From Acidobacteriota bacterium (GTDB taxonomy: Bacteria; Acidobacteriota; UBA6911; RPQK01; JAJDTT01): a stretch of 64,000 nt of DNA. Within the stretch, counting starts at the first letter, position 1; each line of letters starts with the position of its first letter. The stretch lies in NCBI GenBank assembly GCA_965217775.1, contig CBDCJH010000002.1:4160001-4224000 (forward strand), given 5' to 3'. A program made the position numbers and the translations under genes. The notes below the pieces were generated by a model. That model ran no database searches, was not told where the DNA came from, and worked only from the letters and a program-made list of their open reading frames with translations. Below, piece by piece: positions 37,329 to 46,703 of the stretch.

Positions 37329-38849
37329 TCACCGGAAACGAAGGGCGAACAGATCTGCGTCCTTGAGCACGAAACGCAGGCGGATCGGACGACCCGCCAG
37401 GGCCGACACGTCAGGCCCTCCCTTCCACCGGACCTCCCGTTCCAGCTCGTCGCCGAAGATCACGGAGCAGTCGTCGAGGCCGAAACCGTCCAGCGGATTG
37501 CCCGCCGCATCCTGCACCTCCACCCGGATGCTCCCGGCGGCGGAAGTCGAGAAGTTGAGGGTGAGCCGGCCGCCCTCGAAGACGAGCGGCCGGGTCACGA
37601 TCTCGCCTCCGGCCATGGGAGCCGTCACGGCTACGAAGCCGTCGACGCGGAGCGTATAACGGCGGAGTTTGGTGCCCTTCCCCCTCCAGTAACTCTCGTT
37701 GGCGTAAACGGAGAGTTCATTGGGGGCTCCCTCGATGTGGCTTCGGGTCTCCACGATGCCCCAGTTCTGAAAGTTGTCCGCGTAGACCCAGTTGTCCACC
37801 GGCCTCAGGCCCGGACGGATGTAGGCCTCCTGCCAGCGCCGAAAGCTGATCCGGTCCCGGCCGGCCATGAAGAGGCCCTCCGTCAAAGCTGTGCCGTAGC
37901 GAATATGGACTCCGGCTCTCAGACGCCGGTGCTCCAATTCGGGAAGGGCTCTCATGGAATCGGACCATCCCAGCTCGATGTAGCGGCTGGGAAAACCCAA
38001 CAGGAGGTGCGGGGCCCGATAGTAGGGCAGGATCTGGTTGGTGTACAACTGCTCGTCGGGCGCGCCGGGGTAGCTGATCCAGACCGGCTCGGTCCAGTTC
38101 AGGAAGTCCTGGGAAGTGCCGGTCAGAACGTCACGGATACCGCGCTCGCCTTCGGGGGTCTGGGCAACTCTCCTGAAATCCCGGTGATACTCACGGTACT
38201 CGCGGCGCGCGGTATCCCAGAAGGCCAGGTTTTGGGAATCGAAAGCACCCTTGGTGATGACCGGCCGGTCGGCCATGAACTCCCAGTGGATGCCGTCGGG
38301 GGATTTCCAGGCGTAGAGCCCCCGTTCCGGACTGCCCCGTGACACGGCCTTGTAACGGGCGTCCGGAGCCGCCGCCGGGTTCGCGTCCTTGAAGGGAACG
38401 AAATTGTGAACCGTTCCGCCTACGGGCAGCCGGTCCAGAATGATGTTGTTGGCTTTGGACCCTTCGAACTCCACCAGGCCCAGGTTGGGGCGGTACCAAT
38501 GGATCCCATCCAGGCTCTCGGCATAACAGATCACCTCCCGATGGGGGCGAGTCAGGGTTTTACCGGTGATGAAGTGGGAGCCCCGGTAATACATGCGATA
38601 GCGGCCGTCGTCCTGGAAAACGGTGAAGTGGCCGCACGCGTTCCCTTCCCAACTCCGATCGGTCTCCAGGACGACCTCCCTGGGAGTGGGCCGGCGAAGT
38701 TCGAGCCGGGCCTGTCCCCGGACCTCCTCGATCAGGGCGCCGTCCACAAAGAGTTCCAGGCGAGAACCGATCTCCAGTCCCGAATCCTGGGCTCGAACGT
38801 AAGCGTTGCTGCAGAACAGGAGAACGAACAAAGTCACTCGTATCCGCAT
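37329..38849 (-). CDS. Exported beta-propeller GH-like protein (member 10)
   Basis: RLELFVD, FDSQN, LRVDGFVA, ADLFALRF. Confidence 0.82.
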   Translation of the reverse strand: MRIRVTLFVLLFCSNAYVRAQDSGLEIGSRLELFVDGALIEEVRGQARLELRRPTPREVVLETDRSWEGNACGHFTVFQDDGRYRMYYRGSHFITGKTLTRPHREVICYAESLDGIHWYRPNLGLVEFEGSKANNIILDRLPVGGTVHNFVPFKDANPAAAPDARYKAVSRGSPERGLYAWKSPDGIHWEFMADRPVITKGAFDSQNLAFWDTARREYREYHRDFRRVAQTPEGERGIRDVLTGTSQDFLNWTEPVWISYPGAPDEQLYTNQILPYYRAPHLLLGFPSRYIELGWSDSMRALPELEHRRLRAGVHIRYGTALTEGLFMAGRDRISFRRWQEAYIRPGLRPVDNWVYADNFQNWGIVETRSHIEGAPNELSVYANESYWRGKGTKLRRYTLRVDGFVAVTAPMAGGEIVTRPLVFEGGRLTLNFSTSAAGSIRVEVQDAAGNPLDGFGLDDCSVIFGDELEREVRWKGGPDVSALAGRPIRLRFVLKDADLFALRFR

Positions 38850-38991
38850 GATGACTCCCTTGGTTCCGGTGGAGGGTCGGAGTTGTTGAGAGAAAGCTAA
38901 CACACCAAGGTTTCAGCGAACAACGGAGAGGAGGAACGATTGGGGAGATCACACGGGAGTCTGTGGGTCCCTCGTGACTTTCCCCTCTATC

Positions 38992-41388
38992 ATGAAGGGT
39001 CGGATGTTTATTCCTCTGCTTCCTATTCCTCGCCTATTGGTTGTCGCCGGAATGGCTGCCTTCGGATTGCTTGCGCTCGCGTTCGCTCAGGTCATGGAGG
39101 GTCGTCTGACGGTCCGAATCTCGGACCCCGGCGGAGGGGCGGTCGCGGCAAGTGTTCGGCTCGTCGGACGGAGCCCGGAATTCGTCGCTGCAGCGACGGC
39201 CGATGAAACGGGCCACGCGGTCATCAAGCGCTTGCCGCCGGGCCTGTATCAGTTGATCGTACGGCATGCCGGCTTCGAAGAATTCTCCATTCAAGTGGAG
39301 ATCCGCTCCGCCGTCCCCCAGTCCGTGCAAGTCGTCCTGCAAGTCGGGACGCTCCATGAGGAAGTGACGGTCGAGAACTCGGCGCCTCTCCTCGACCCCT
39401 CGCAACCCTCGAACCCCATGCAGGTGGGCCGGCTGAAACTGAATCGCACACCGGGGACGACTTTGGGCCGGAGCACCATCGACGTCGTGACCACCCTGCC
39501 CGGCTGGCTGGTGGAGGCCAACGCCGTTCTTCACCCGCGCGGTTCGGAATATGACACCCAATACGTCATCGACGGAATGCCGCTCTATGACAACCGGTCC
39601 ATTGCATTCGTTCCGGCCTTCGAAAATGACGAATTCGAGGCCGTTAACGTTCTCACGGCCGGGATCCCCGCCGAATACGGGCGTCGTTTGGGTGGAGTCA
39701 TCGCGCTCGATACTCGCCGGGCCGAGGGGCGCGGACACCACACGGCTCTGGATCTGCAGGGAGGCGGGTACGGAACCTATATCGGTTCCATGTCTCACCA
39801 GTACGCGGCGGATCGCACCACCGTTTCGGCCGGTCTGCAAGTCGGCCGAACGGACCGTTACCTGGACCCGCCGTCCCTCGAGAACTTCACCAACAAAGCC
39901 AGTTCGGCCGGTTTCAATGCCCGTCTGGCACACGACATCTCCCCTCGCGACCAGTTGACGGTCTATCTCCGATACAACCGGTCCGGGTTTCTCGTGCCCA
40001 ACGACCTGGAGCAACAGGCGGCGGGACAACGGCAGGATCGGCAAATGGGTGAACTCGCGGGACAGGTCCACTACCAGAAGACCATTTCCGGGCGATCCGT
40101 GGGCTCTGTCCGGGGAATGGTCCGCGAGCTTTCCGGCAGGCTCTGGAGCAACCCGCTGGCGACTCCGGTCCATGTCCAACAAGACCGCGGTTTCCGCGAA
40201 GCCGCGCTCGTCGGCGACCTCACCGTCGACCATGGCTGGTACACGGTGAAGTTCGGCGGCGATGTCCGGGTCAACGACATTCGTGAGATGTTTCAACTGG
40301 CCGACCCAGGGGAGCTGACCCGTCCCATCCTGAGCTTCCACGACCAGCGGCGCAGCACGGAGCTCGGGCTGTTCGTTCAGAATCAGGTCCGCCTCGGAAA
40401 CTTCGTCACCAACCTCGGAGTCCGCCTCGACGGTTACAGACTGCTGGTGGTGGATACGGCCGTCAGCCCCAGGGCCGCGCTCAGCTACTACGTCCCCAAG
40501 GCCGAAATCCAGATGTTCGCCTCCTACGACCGCATCTTCCAACCGCCTCCCATGGAGAATCTGCTGCTGTCGAGCGGTGGGCCGGCGCTGGGAATCGACG
40601 CCGTCGAGGGGACCCTCGCGGTGCCCCCGAGCCGAGCCAACTTCTTCGAGATCGGTCTGCGCAAGACGTTCGGCGACGTTCTGCGCCTCGACCTGAAACA
40701 CTTCTGGCGGACTTTCCGAAACTTCATCGACGACGACGTTTTTCTGAACACGGGCATTTCGTTCCCCATCAGCTTCGACACCGCCCGCATCGAAGGGACG
40801 GAAGTCCGGCTCGAACTGCCTCGCTGGAGACGGATCTCCTCGTTCGTCAGCTACTCCAACCTGCTGGGCCGCGCGACTTCGCCCGTGACGGGAGGATTGT
40901 TCATCGAGGGCGGAGAAGCGGAAGAGTTGCGAGACGTCGTCGAGCGGTTTCCCATCAGTCAGGATCAGCGCAACACGGCCGCCGCCCAGTTCTTCTTCGA
41001 TCTCCATCGGCGGGTCTGGATCGGGTTCGGTGCGCGGTACGGAAGCGGGTTGCCGGTCGAGTTGGCCGACCATGATGATGACGAAGAGGTTGAGGCCGAC
41101 GACAAGGAGACCGCCGGACCGGAATACGGAACCGATGAAGACAACCCCATCCCGCTGGAGATTCTGCAACGGGTGAATTTTCGACGCGCCCGAATCCGGC
41201 CCAATTTCAGCCTGGACTTCTCGGTCGGCGCCCGGCTCTGGGAGCAGGACTCGCAATCGGTCTCGGTGCAGTTCGACCTGCGCAACGCCACCGACCGGCT
41301 CAACGTAATCAATTTCAACGGGCTCTTCTCGGGCACCGCTCTGGCTCCCGGCCGGCAAGCCACCCTGCGACTGAAGATGCGATTCTGA
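38992..41388 (+). CDS. TonB-dependent receptor (shorter type; start uncertain)
   Basis: Carboxypeptidase-regulatory-like N-terminus, IDG, PAEYGRRLGGVI plug motif, C-terminal F. Confidence 0.88.
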   Translation: MKGRMFIPLLPIPRLLVVAGMAAFGLLALAFAQVMEGRLTVRISDPGGGAVAASVRLVGRSPEFVAAATADETGHAVIKRLPPGLYQLIVRHAGFEEFSIQVEIRSAVPQSVQVVLQVGTLHEEVTVENSAPLLDPSQPSNPMQVGRLKLNRTPGTTLGRSTIDVVTTLPGWLVEANAVLHPRGSEYDTQYVIDGMPLYDNRSIAFVPAFENDEFEAVNVLTAGIPAEYGRRLGGVIALDTRRAEGRGHHTALDLQGGGYGTYIGSMSHQYAADRTTVSAGLQVGRTDRYLDPPSLENFTNKASSAGFNARLAHDISPRDQLTVYLRYNRSGFLVPNDLEQQAAGQRQDRQMGELAGQVHYQKTISGRSVGSVRGMVRELSGRLWSNPLATPVHVQQDRGFREAALVGDLTVDHGWYTVKFGGDVRVNDIREMFQLADPGELTRPILSFHDQRRSTELGLFVQNQVRLGNFVTNLGVRLDGYRLLVVDTAVSPRAALSYYVPKAEIQMFASYDRIFQPPPMENLLLSSGGPALGIDAVEGTLAVPPSRANFFEIGLRKTFGDVLRLDLKHFWRTFRNFIDDDVFLNTGISFPISFDTARIEGTEVRLELPRWRRISSFVSYSNLLGRATSPVTGGLFIEGGEAEELRDVVERFPISQDQRNTAAAQFFFDLHRRVWIGFGARYGSGLPVELADHDDDEEVEADDKETAGPEYGTDEDNPIPLEILQRVNFRRARIRPNFSLDFSVGARLWEQDSQSVSVQFDLRNATDRLNVINFNGLFSGTALAPGRQATLRLKMRF

Positions 41389-41389
41389 A

Positions 41390-41724
41390 TAGGGGCCGCC
41401 CTCGTGGGCACGCTCTTTTGCCTTTTTTTGTTCCTTACTCCCAAAATCTTGTGCAAATGGACAAAGAATTTTCCGTAGGGGCGCCCCTTGTGGGCGCCCT
41501 CTTCGGTCCAAAGCGGAGTAAGACGGGGCCAGACGAAGAGTCGGCGGCTGGAAAGCCTCCACTCCGGCGAAGAAATTTTGGTTCCGGCTATGCCAGGTTA
41601 GGAGCTCTCCCACCGGCCGCGAGCCCCCGTAATCCTGGTAGAAAAAGGGGGGGCGTGGGAGCGGAGGCCTACAACCCCCGATTCCGCGTCGGCCATGAAG
41701 AGGGGGACAGGAATGTCCCCTCCC
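41390..41724. repeat. Mosaic of degenerate REP-like palindromes
   Basis: TAGGGGCCGCCCTCGTGGGC (41390), CGTAGGGGCGCCCCTTGTGGGCGCCC (41474), GCGGCTGGAAAGCCTCCACTCC, GGGGACAGGAATGTCCCCTCC. Confidence 0.65.
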
Positions 41725-41725
41725 A

Positions 41726-41995
41726 GGGCCTGATCACCCCCATCTATGCCCGGGTCGGCGCAAGCTGGTGGAGAGTCTCCGTAACGAGACCGTCGTCGAC
41801 AACGCCGTGGGCTTGGAAATCTTCAGTATCCGGCCTCGCGGTCCGGCCCCGGCGATCCGCCGCGCACTGGTGAAAGAAGATCGCGAGTTCGCGGAGACGC
41901 GTTGGCCCGACGCCGTCTCCTCCCTGGGTTCCACGTCCTCGCGATTCGGTGTCCGCTATCGGACCCGTATCGTCGATTCGCGGGTTCGTTCCGGT
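41726..41995 (+). pseudogene. Internal fragment of a YbjT-like SDR/DUF2867 gene
   Basis: GLITPIYARVG / (frameshift) KLVESLRNETVV...AIRRALVKEDREFAETRW...IVDSR, recognised from memory of the family. Confidence 0.55.
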
Positions 41996-42176
41996 CCCGG
42001 CCCCGCAGGCGTTCGTGCCGATCCGGCGAATCGGGGGTGAATCGGGATAGAATCCCGGCGAAAGGGGGCAACGTATGTTGAATTGGTGGCGTGGGCGCCT
42101 GCCGGCAAGTTCCAATCCCCGAGGATCGCGAGAACCGCTACGTCCACCTCGAACCGTCCGTTTCTTCCGAAAACCA

Positions 42177-43964
42177 GTGAGGATCAGGGGTTGGCTCCTT
42201 CCCGGGGCCTGTTTCTGGCTGATGGCCTGTGCGGACGGGTCCGAACGGCCGGACCCAAGCGGCGTGCCCACGTTGACGACGGGATTGGGCAGCGCCCTGG
42301 GCACCCGGGCGTTGACCGTCAACGGATCCATCCATCCTCACGGAGAACCCACCACCTACTACTTCGAATACGGTACGACAAAGGACTACGGGTTCAGGAC
42401 TGCCGAACGGCCCCTTCCGCCCCGCCTGGCCGCCTATTACCACGAGAGCTGGGACGATGGGATGGGGGGATGGGACTCCTGGCTGAACCAGTCCCTCTTG
42501 ACCTCCGGCGGGCTCTCGGGAGGATACGTGAGGCTGGCCGAGCCCAGCCGGAACGACCACAACCACGATGACGGAATCGGCACCCTGCACCTGACCAAGT
42601 ACCTGTGGTGCGGCCGTTGCCTCGTCGCGGACCGGGATCCAGGTCCTTGTCTCGCCGCCGGGGACCCGGACCTGAGGGACGCCAAGGTCACGGTCTGGGT
42701 ACGGGGAAACGACTGGAAACCCAACGGTTCGGAAGTACTCTGGTGGAGTCAGGCCTACGTCAACGTCCAGATGGTGGACGACCCCGGCTGGAGGGCGTCC
42801 AACTGGGCCTACACCGGGTTTCTGCTGACCGATTTCCTCATGGACGGCGAATGGCACAAGGTGGATTACAGACTCTGGAACGACACCTCGTACTGGAGCT
42901 TCGGGGGGAACAATCCCACCCGGCAAGGAGGAGTCGCCCGCCGCTATGACTACGGCTCCATCGACCGGGTCCAGGGTCATCTCAACGACGACTTCTTTCA
43001 CCTGACGGCCTTCATCGACATCGAAAACCCGCCCAGCGGATCCATCGACTTCGACGAGTTCCAACTGGTCTACCGCAACGAGTCGCTGCTGTTCCCCGAC
43101 AACGGAGGCCGTCTGGTGACTTGGCCTCAGGACTCGGCGGACGATCCGGCGACGCTGACCGACGGCTGGCGGCACGGGTCCGGCCGCATGTGGAAGAGCG
43201 CTCCCGATCCGGGAGCGCCCCAGGAGTTCGTCTACGCCTTCGAGCGGCCCGTGGCCATCGACGCGATCCAACTTCACCAGAACCCGGAATGGCCGGGCAA
43301 GGAGGTGGAAGTCCTGGTCTCGGAGGATGAAGAGACCTACACTTCGATCCTCAAGCGGACCCTGCCCCGGGAGGGAGATCCCAACGCCAACTTCGCCTTC
43401 ACCTTGGACCGGGGCCTCGCGGCCCGGGCCGGCCGTCTGAAGGTCCGCCTCCTCTCGGGATACGACAGCCGTCACTGGGGGCTGGGCGAGATCGAGGTCT
43501 TCGGCGACGGCGCGGTCATGCGGACCGACGACGATCTGTACAACGTCAACCTGGACATCGAGCAGCTCACGCCGGGGACCACCTATCACTACCGGCTGGT
43601 GGCCACCAACGAAGCGGGCACGGCCTATGGCGACGACCAGACCTACACCTTGCCCGCGGACCATCGCCCCCTGGTGAAGACCGGGGCGGCAAGCCGCATC
43701 CATGCGGGATCCGCCAAGGTGGAAGGAAGGCTGAACCCCATGGGAGTGCGGACCCGGTTCCATTTCCAGTATGGGACCGATACCGGCTACGGGAGCGAGT
43801 CATCCGCCGGCTATGCCGGGTTGCAGGTGACGCCCCGGCTGGTCTTTTCCAACCTGACGGATCTGGCCCCCGGGACCACCTACCACTATCGCCTGGTGGG
43901 AGAAAACGAGCGGGGCGTCAGCTACGGGGAGGACGCCACCTTCACCACTGTGCCGGCCAGATGA
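42177..43964 (+). CDS. Lipoprotein with FN3-like repeats and a discoidin/F5-8-like domain
   Basis: Lipobox LMAC; TTYYFEYGTT and two LxPGTTYHYRLV repeats; EIEVFG. Confidence 0.7.
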   Translation: MRIRGWLLPGACFWLMACADGSERPDPSGVPTLTTGLGSALGTRALTVNGSIHPHGEPTTYYFEYGTTKDYGFRTAERPLPPRLAAYYHESWDDGMGGWDSWLNQSLLTSGGLSGGYVRLAEPSRNDHNHDDGIGTLHLTKYLWCGRCLVADRDPGPCLAAGDPDLRDAKVTVWVRGNDWKPNGSEVLWWSQAYVNVQMVDDPGWRASNWAYTGFLLTDFLMDGEWHKVDYRLWNDTSYWSFGGNNPTRQGGVARRYDYGSIDRVQGHLNDDFFHLTAFIDIENPPSGSIDFDEFQLVYRNESLLFPDNGGRLVTWPQDSADDPATLTDGWRHGSGRMWKSAPDPGAPQEFVYAFERPVAIDAIQLHQNPEWPGKEVEVLVSEDEETYTSILKRTLPREGDPNANFAFTLDRGLAARAGRLKVRLLSGYDSRHWGLGEIEVFGDGAVMRTDDDLYNVNLDIEQLTPGTTYHYRLVATNEAGTAYGDDQTYTLPADHRPLVKTGAASRIHAGSAKVEGRLNPMGVRTRFHFQYGTDTGYGSESSAGYAGLQVTPRLVFSNLTDLAPGTTYHYRLVGENERGVSYGEDATFTTVPAR

Positions 43965-43996
43965 CGTGCCGTGAGAGTTGAGCGAGGAGGACCGCC

Positions 43997-45127
43997 ATGA
44001 ACGGATCCCACGATTCCACTCGGAGAGGTTTCCTGGGCCAAGTCGGGCTGGCGGCCACGCTGTCAGCCTGCTCACAGTCGAGCCCGGAAAACGAAGAAAC
44101 AACCTCGAACCGGCCTCGAATCCGCATCGGAACCCGCGTCAACGCCAACTGGATGCAGAGCGAGGACGACGCCGACCTCCGGTTCCTGAAACAGATCGGC
44201 GTGGACCACGTGGACATCGTCCTGAGCATGGTCGAGGGCTACAGCGAGACCGGCAGCTTTACAAGAGATGCGTTCCGGAGTCTCAACGATCGGCTCCAAC
44301 GGGTCGGCCTGCGCATCGAACGGGCCAACTCTCTGGGGCCCCATTATCTGGACGCTCACCTGGGGCGGGGGGCCGGCCAGCAACAGATCGACAACCTGAA
44401 GCGGATCGGAGAGATCCTGGCAGAGCACGAGATCCCGGTGTACGGCATCCAGGCCTGCCAGGCGGCCCTGCACTTGGAGTACTCGCGGACCGCCTGGACT
44501 CGTCCGCGCGGCCGGGGAGGCTACGAGTACTATTCCTTCGACCTGGAGAAATCCAAGGCGGCGCCCCCTCCCAAGTACCGCGTCAGCTCGCAACAACTCT
44601 GGGACGGCCTGTTGAACATCTATCGCCAGGTCATCCCGGTCGTCGACGGGAGCCGCACCCGGGTCGCCATGCACGGAAACGATCCCCCGCTATACGAATA
44701 TCTGGGAAATCCGCAGATTCTGTGCCGGTACAAGGACTTCGACCGGCTCTTTTCAGAAGTCCCCAGTCCCAACAACGGGATCACCTTCTGCGTCGGCACC
44801 CGTTACGAATCCGGAGAGGACGTGTTCGAGGGCATCCGGCATTTCGGACGCCAGGGTAAGCTGTTTCACGTCCACTTCCGGAACGTTCGCGGGACCCTCC
44901 CGGCGAACGGGGGATATTCGGAGGTCGCCGTGGACGAGGGCGACCTGGAGATGGAGAAGGTCCTGCGCACCCTGGCGGAGGTGAATTACGACGGCGTCAT
45001 CGACTACGACCACGCCATGGGAATCACCGGAGACAAGCCTCTGCCGAAGCAGTACATCGCCTTTGCCGTCGGCTACATGAGGGGCCTGCTCCACAGCATT
45101 CCGGGACAACGGCGGGTTCGCGACTGA
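43997..45127 (+). CDS. Mannonate dehydratase (UxuA)-like TIM barrel with Tat lipoprotein signal
   Basis: TRRGFL...LSAC; HGNDPP, GITFCVGT, HVHFRNV, DEGD, DYDH. Confidence 0.8.
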   Translation: MNGSHDSTRRGFLGQVGLAATLSACSQSSPENEETTSNRPRIRIGTRVNANWMQSEDDADLRFLKQIGVDHVDIVLSMVEGYSETGSFTRDAFRSLNDRLQRVGLRIERANSLGPHYLDAHLGRGAGQQQIDNLKRIGEILAEHEIPVYGIQACQAALHLEYSRTAWTRPRGRGGYEYYSFDLEKSKAAPPPKYRVSSQQLWDGLLNIYRQVIPVVDGSRTRVAMHGNDPPLYEYLGNPQILCRYKDFDRLFSEVPSPNNGITFCVGTRYESGEDVFEGIRHFGRQGKLFHVHFRNVRGTLPANGGYSEVAVDEGDLEMEKVLRTLAEVNYDGVIDYDHAMGITGDKPLPKQYIAFAVGYMRGLLHSIPGQRRVRD

Positions 45128-45142
45128 CCCGGAGGCGGTCCC

Positions 45143-46600
45143 ATGATCCAAGGCGGCGGCTCCACCGCACTGCTGGTTCTTCTCTCGAGCGTCCCCACCC
45201 TGGCGGAACCGGGTCCAACCGCTTCTCCCCTCACCGTGGGCCGGCAGAGACAGCTCTTCCTCGACGACCGGGTGATCGAATCCACGAAGAATCTGACCCG
45301 TCGGCTGCATCAGCCACGGCGCCATCCCGCCAATCCCCTCCTGGAAGGAGCGCGTTCCTGGGAGAAGTGGCTGTTGGAGGTCAATGGGCGGGCGGTCCTT
45401 TACGATCCGGCTGCCCGCCGGTTCAGGATGTGGTACGGCGCCCACCTGGTGGACGAATCCGCTCCCACCGGCATCCGGTACAAGGTCTGCTATGCCTTCT
45501 CAGAGGACGGAATCCGCTGGCGCCGGCCCCGGCTGGGCCAAGTGGAGTGGGAAGGGTCCCGCGAGAACAACATCCTGCGGTGGGGTGAGAACTGGATGCG
45601 CCGGCCCAACGTGATCCTGGACCCGGGGGACCCCGATCCGGATCGGCGCTTCAAGATGACCTACGTCGACGTAATGGACGGCCGCACCGCCATCGCCAAG
45701 GGATACTCCGGCGACGGGATCGAGTGGCGGCTCAACGCCGACGGCAAACCCTGGTTCTACCGCTACCACAGCGCCAATCTGCTGGGTTGGGATCCGCGCA
45801 TAGGGCACTATGTGCTCTATCCCCGCATGCCCGGCGCCCAGAATTCCATCGGCCGCTCCACCAGCCCGGACTTCACGGCCTGGTCCGAGCCCCGAACCGT
45901 GCTGGCTCCCGGTCCCGAGGAACCGAACCGTCATTTCAAGGGATTGGCGGCGTTCCTCTACGAAGGCCTCTACCTGGGTTGGCTCTGGGTCTTCGAGCGG
46001 GGAGAAACGGGCTGGGCGAGGGCGGACGCGGAGCTCGCCTACAGCCGGGACGGCATCCGCTGGAAGCGAATCTCGCCGGGAGCGTACTTTCTCCCCCGGG
46101 GGGAGCCTTCGTCCTGGGACAGCGAGATGGTCCTGCCGGTGGCACCGGTGATCCATGACGACAAGGTCTGGATCTACTACAGTGGTTGGAACCTTCCCTA
46201 TTCCATGGATGCCATGCTTCGGGCCCAGGACGGGTGGATCGAGGGTGGACGGAGAATGCAGCGGGCCATTGGCTTGGCCACTCTCCGGCGGGACGGATTC
46301 GTCTCCCTGGAAGCCGCAGCCGGGGGCGGATCCCTGACGACACGGCCCCTTGCCGTCCCAGCGGGAACGCTTCGGGTCAACGCCCAGGTCGAGGGCCAGT
46401 TACGGGTCGAGGTCCTGGAAGCGGACGGACGGACGATTCCCGCTTTTTCGAGGGCGGACTGTAACCCCATTCAAGGCGACGGGACCGACCGGCTGGTCCG
46501 GTGGCAGGGAAAACCGAGTCTGGAGACGCTGAGGGGCCGGTCGGTGCGGCTCCGCTTCCACCTGGCGGAGGGCAGGCTCTACAGCTTCCGATTCGAGTAG
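45143..46600 (+). CDS. Exported beta-propeller GH-like protein (member 11)
   Basis: RQLFLDD, SEDGIRW, LRRDGFVS, LYSFRF. Confidence 0.8.
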   Translation: MIQGGGSTALLVLLSSVPTLAEPGPTASPLTVGRQRQLFLDDRVIESTKNLTRRLHQPRRHPANPLLEGARSWEKWLLEVNGRAVLYDPAARRFRMWYGAHLVDESAPTGIRYKVCYAFSEDGIRWRRPRLGQVEWEGSRENNILRWGENWMRRPNVILDPGDPDPDRRFKMTYVDVMDGRTAIAKGYSGDGIEWRLNADGKPWFYRYHSANLLGWDPRIGHYVLYPRMPGAQNSIGRSTSPDFTAWSEPRTVLAPGPEEPNRHFKGLAAFLYEGLYLGWLWVFERGETGWARADAELAYSRDGIRWKRISPGAYFLPRGEPSSWDSEMVLPVAPVIHDDKVWIYYSGWNLPYSMDAMLRAQDGWIEGGRRMQRAIGLATLRRDGFVSLEAAAGGGSLTTRPLAVPAGTLRVNAQVEGQLRVEVLEADGRTIPAFSRADCNPIQGDGTDRLVRWQGKPSLETLRGRSVRLRFHLAEGRLYSFRFE

Positions 46601-46703
46601 CCGCCAAACGGGACCGCAATGGCCGGTTCCGGGAGCACGGCTTCGTAACGTCTCGGGACTGGAGCGCCACGGCGGCGGCCTTCGGCGCCGCGATCGGAGC
46701 CGT

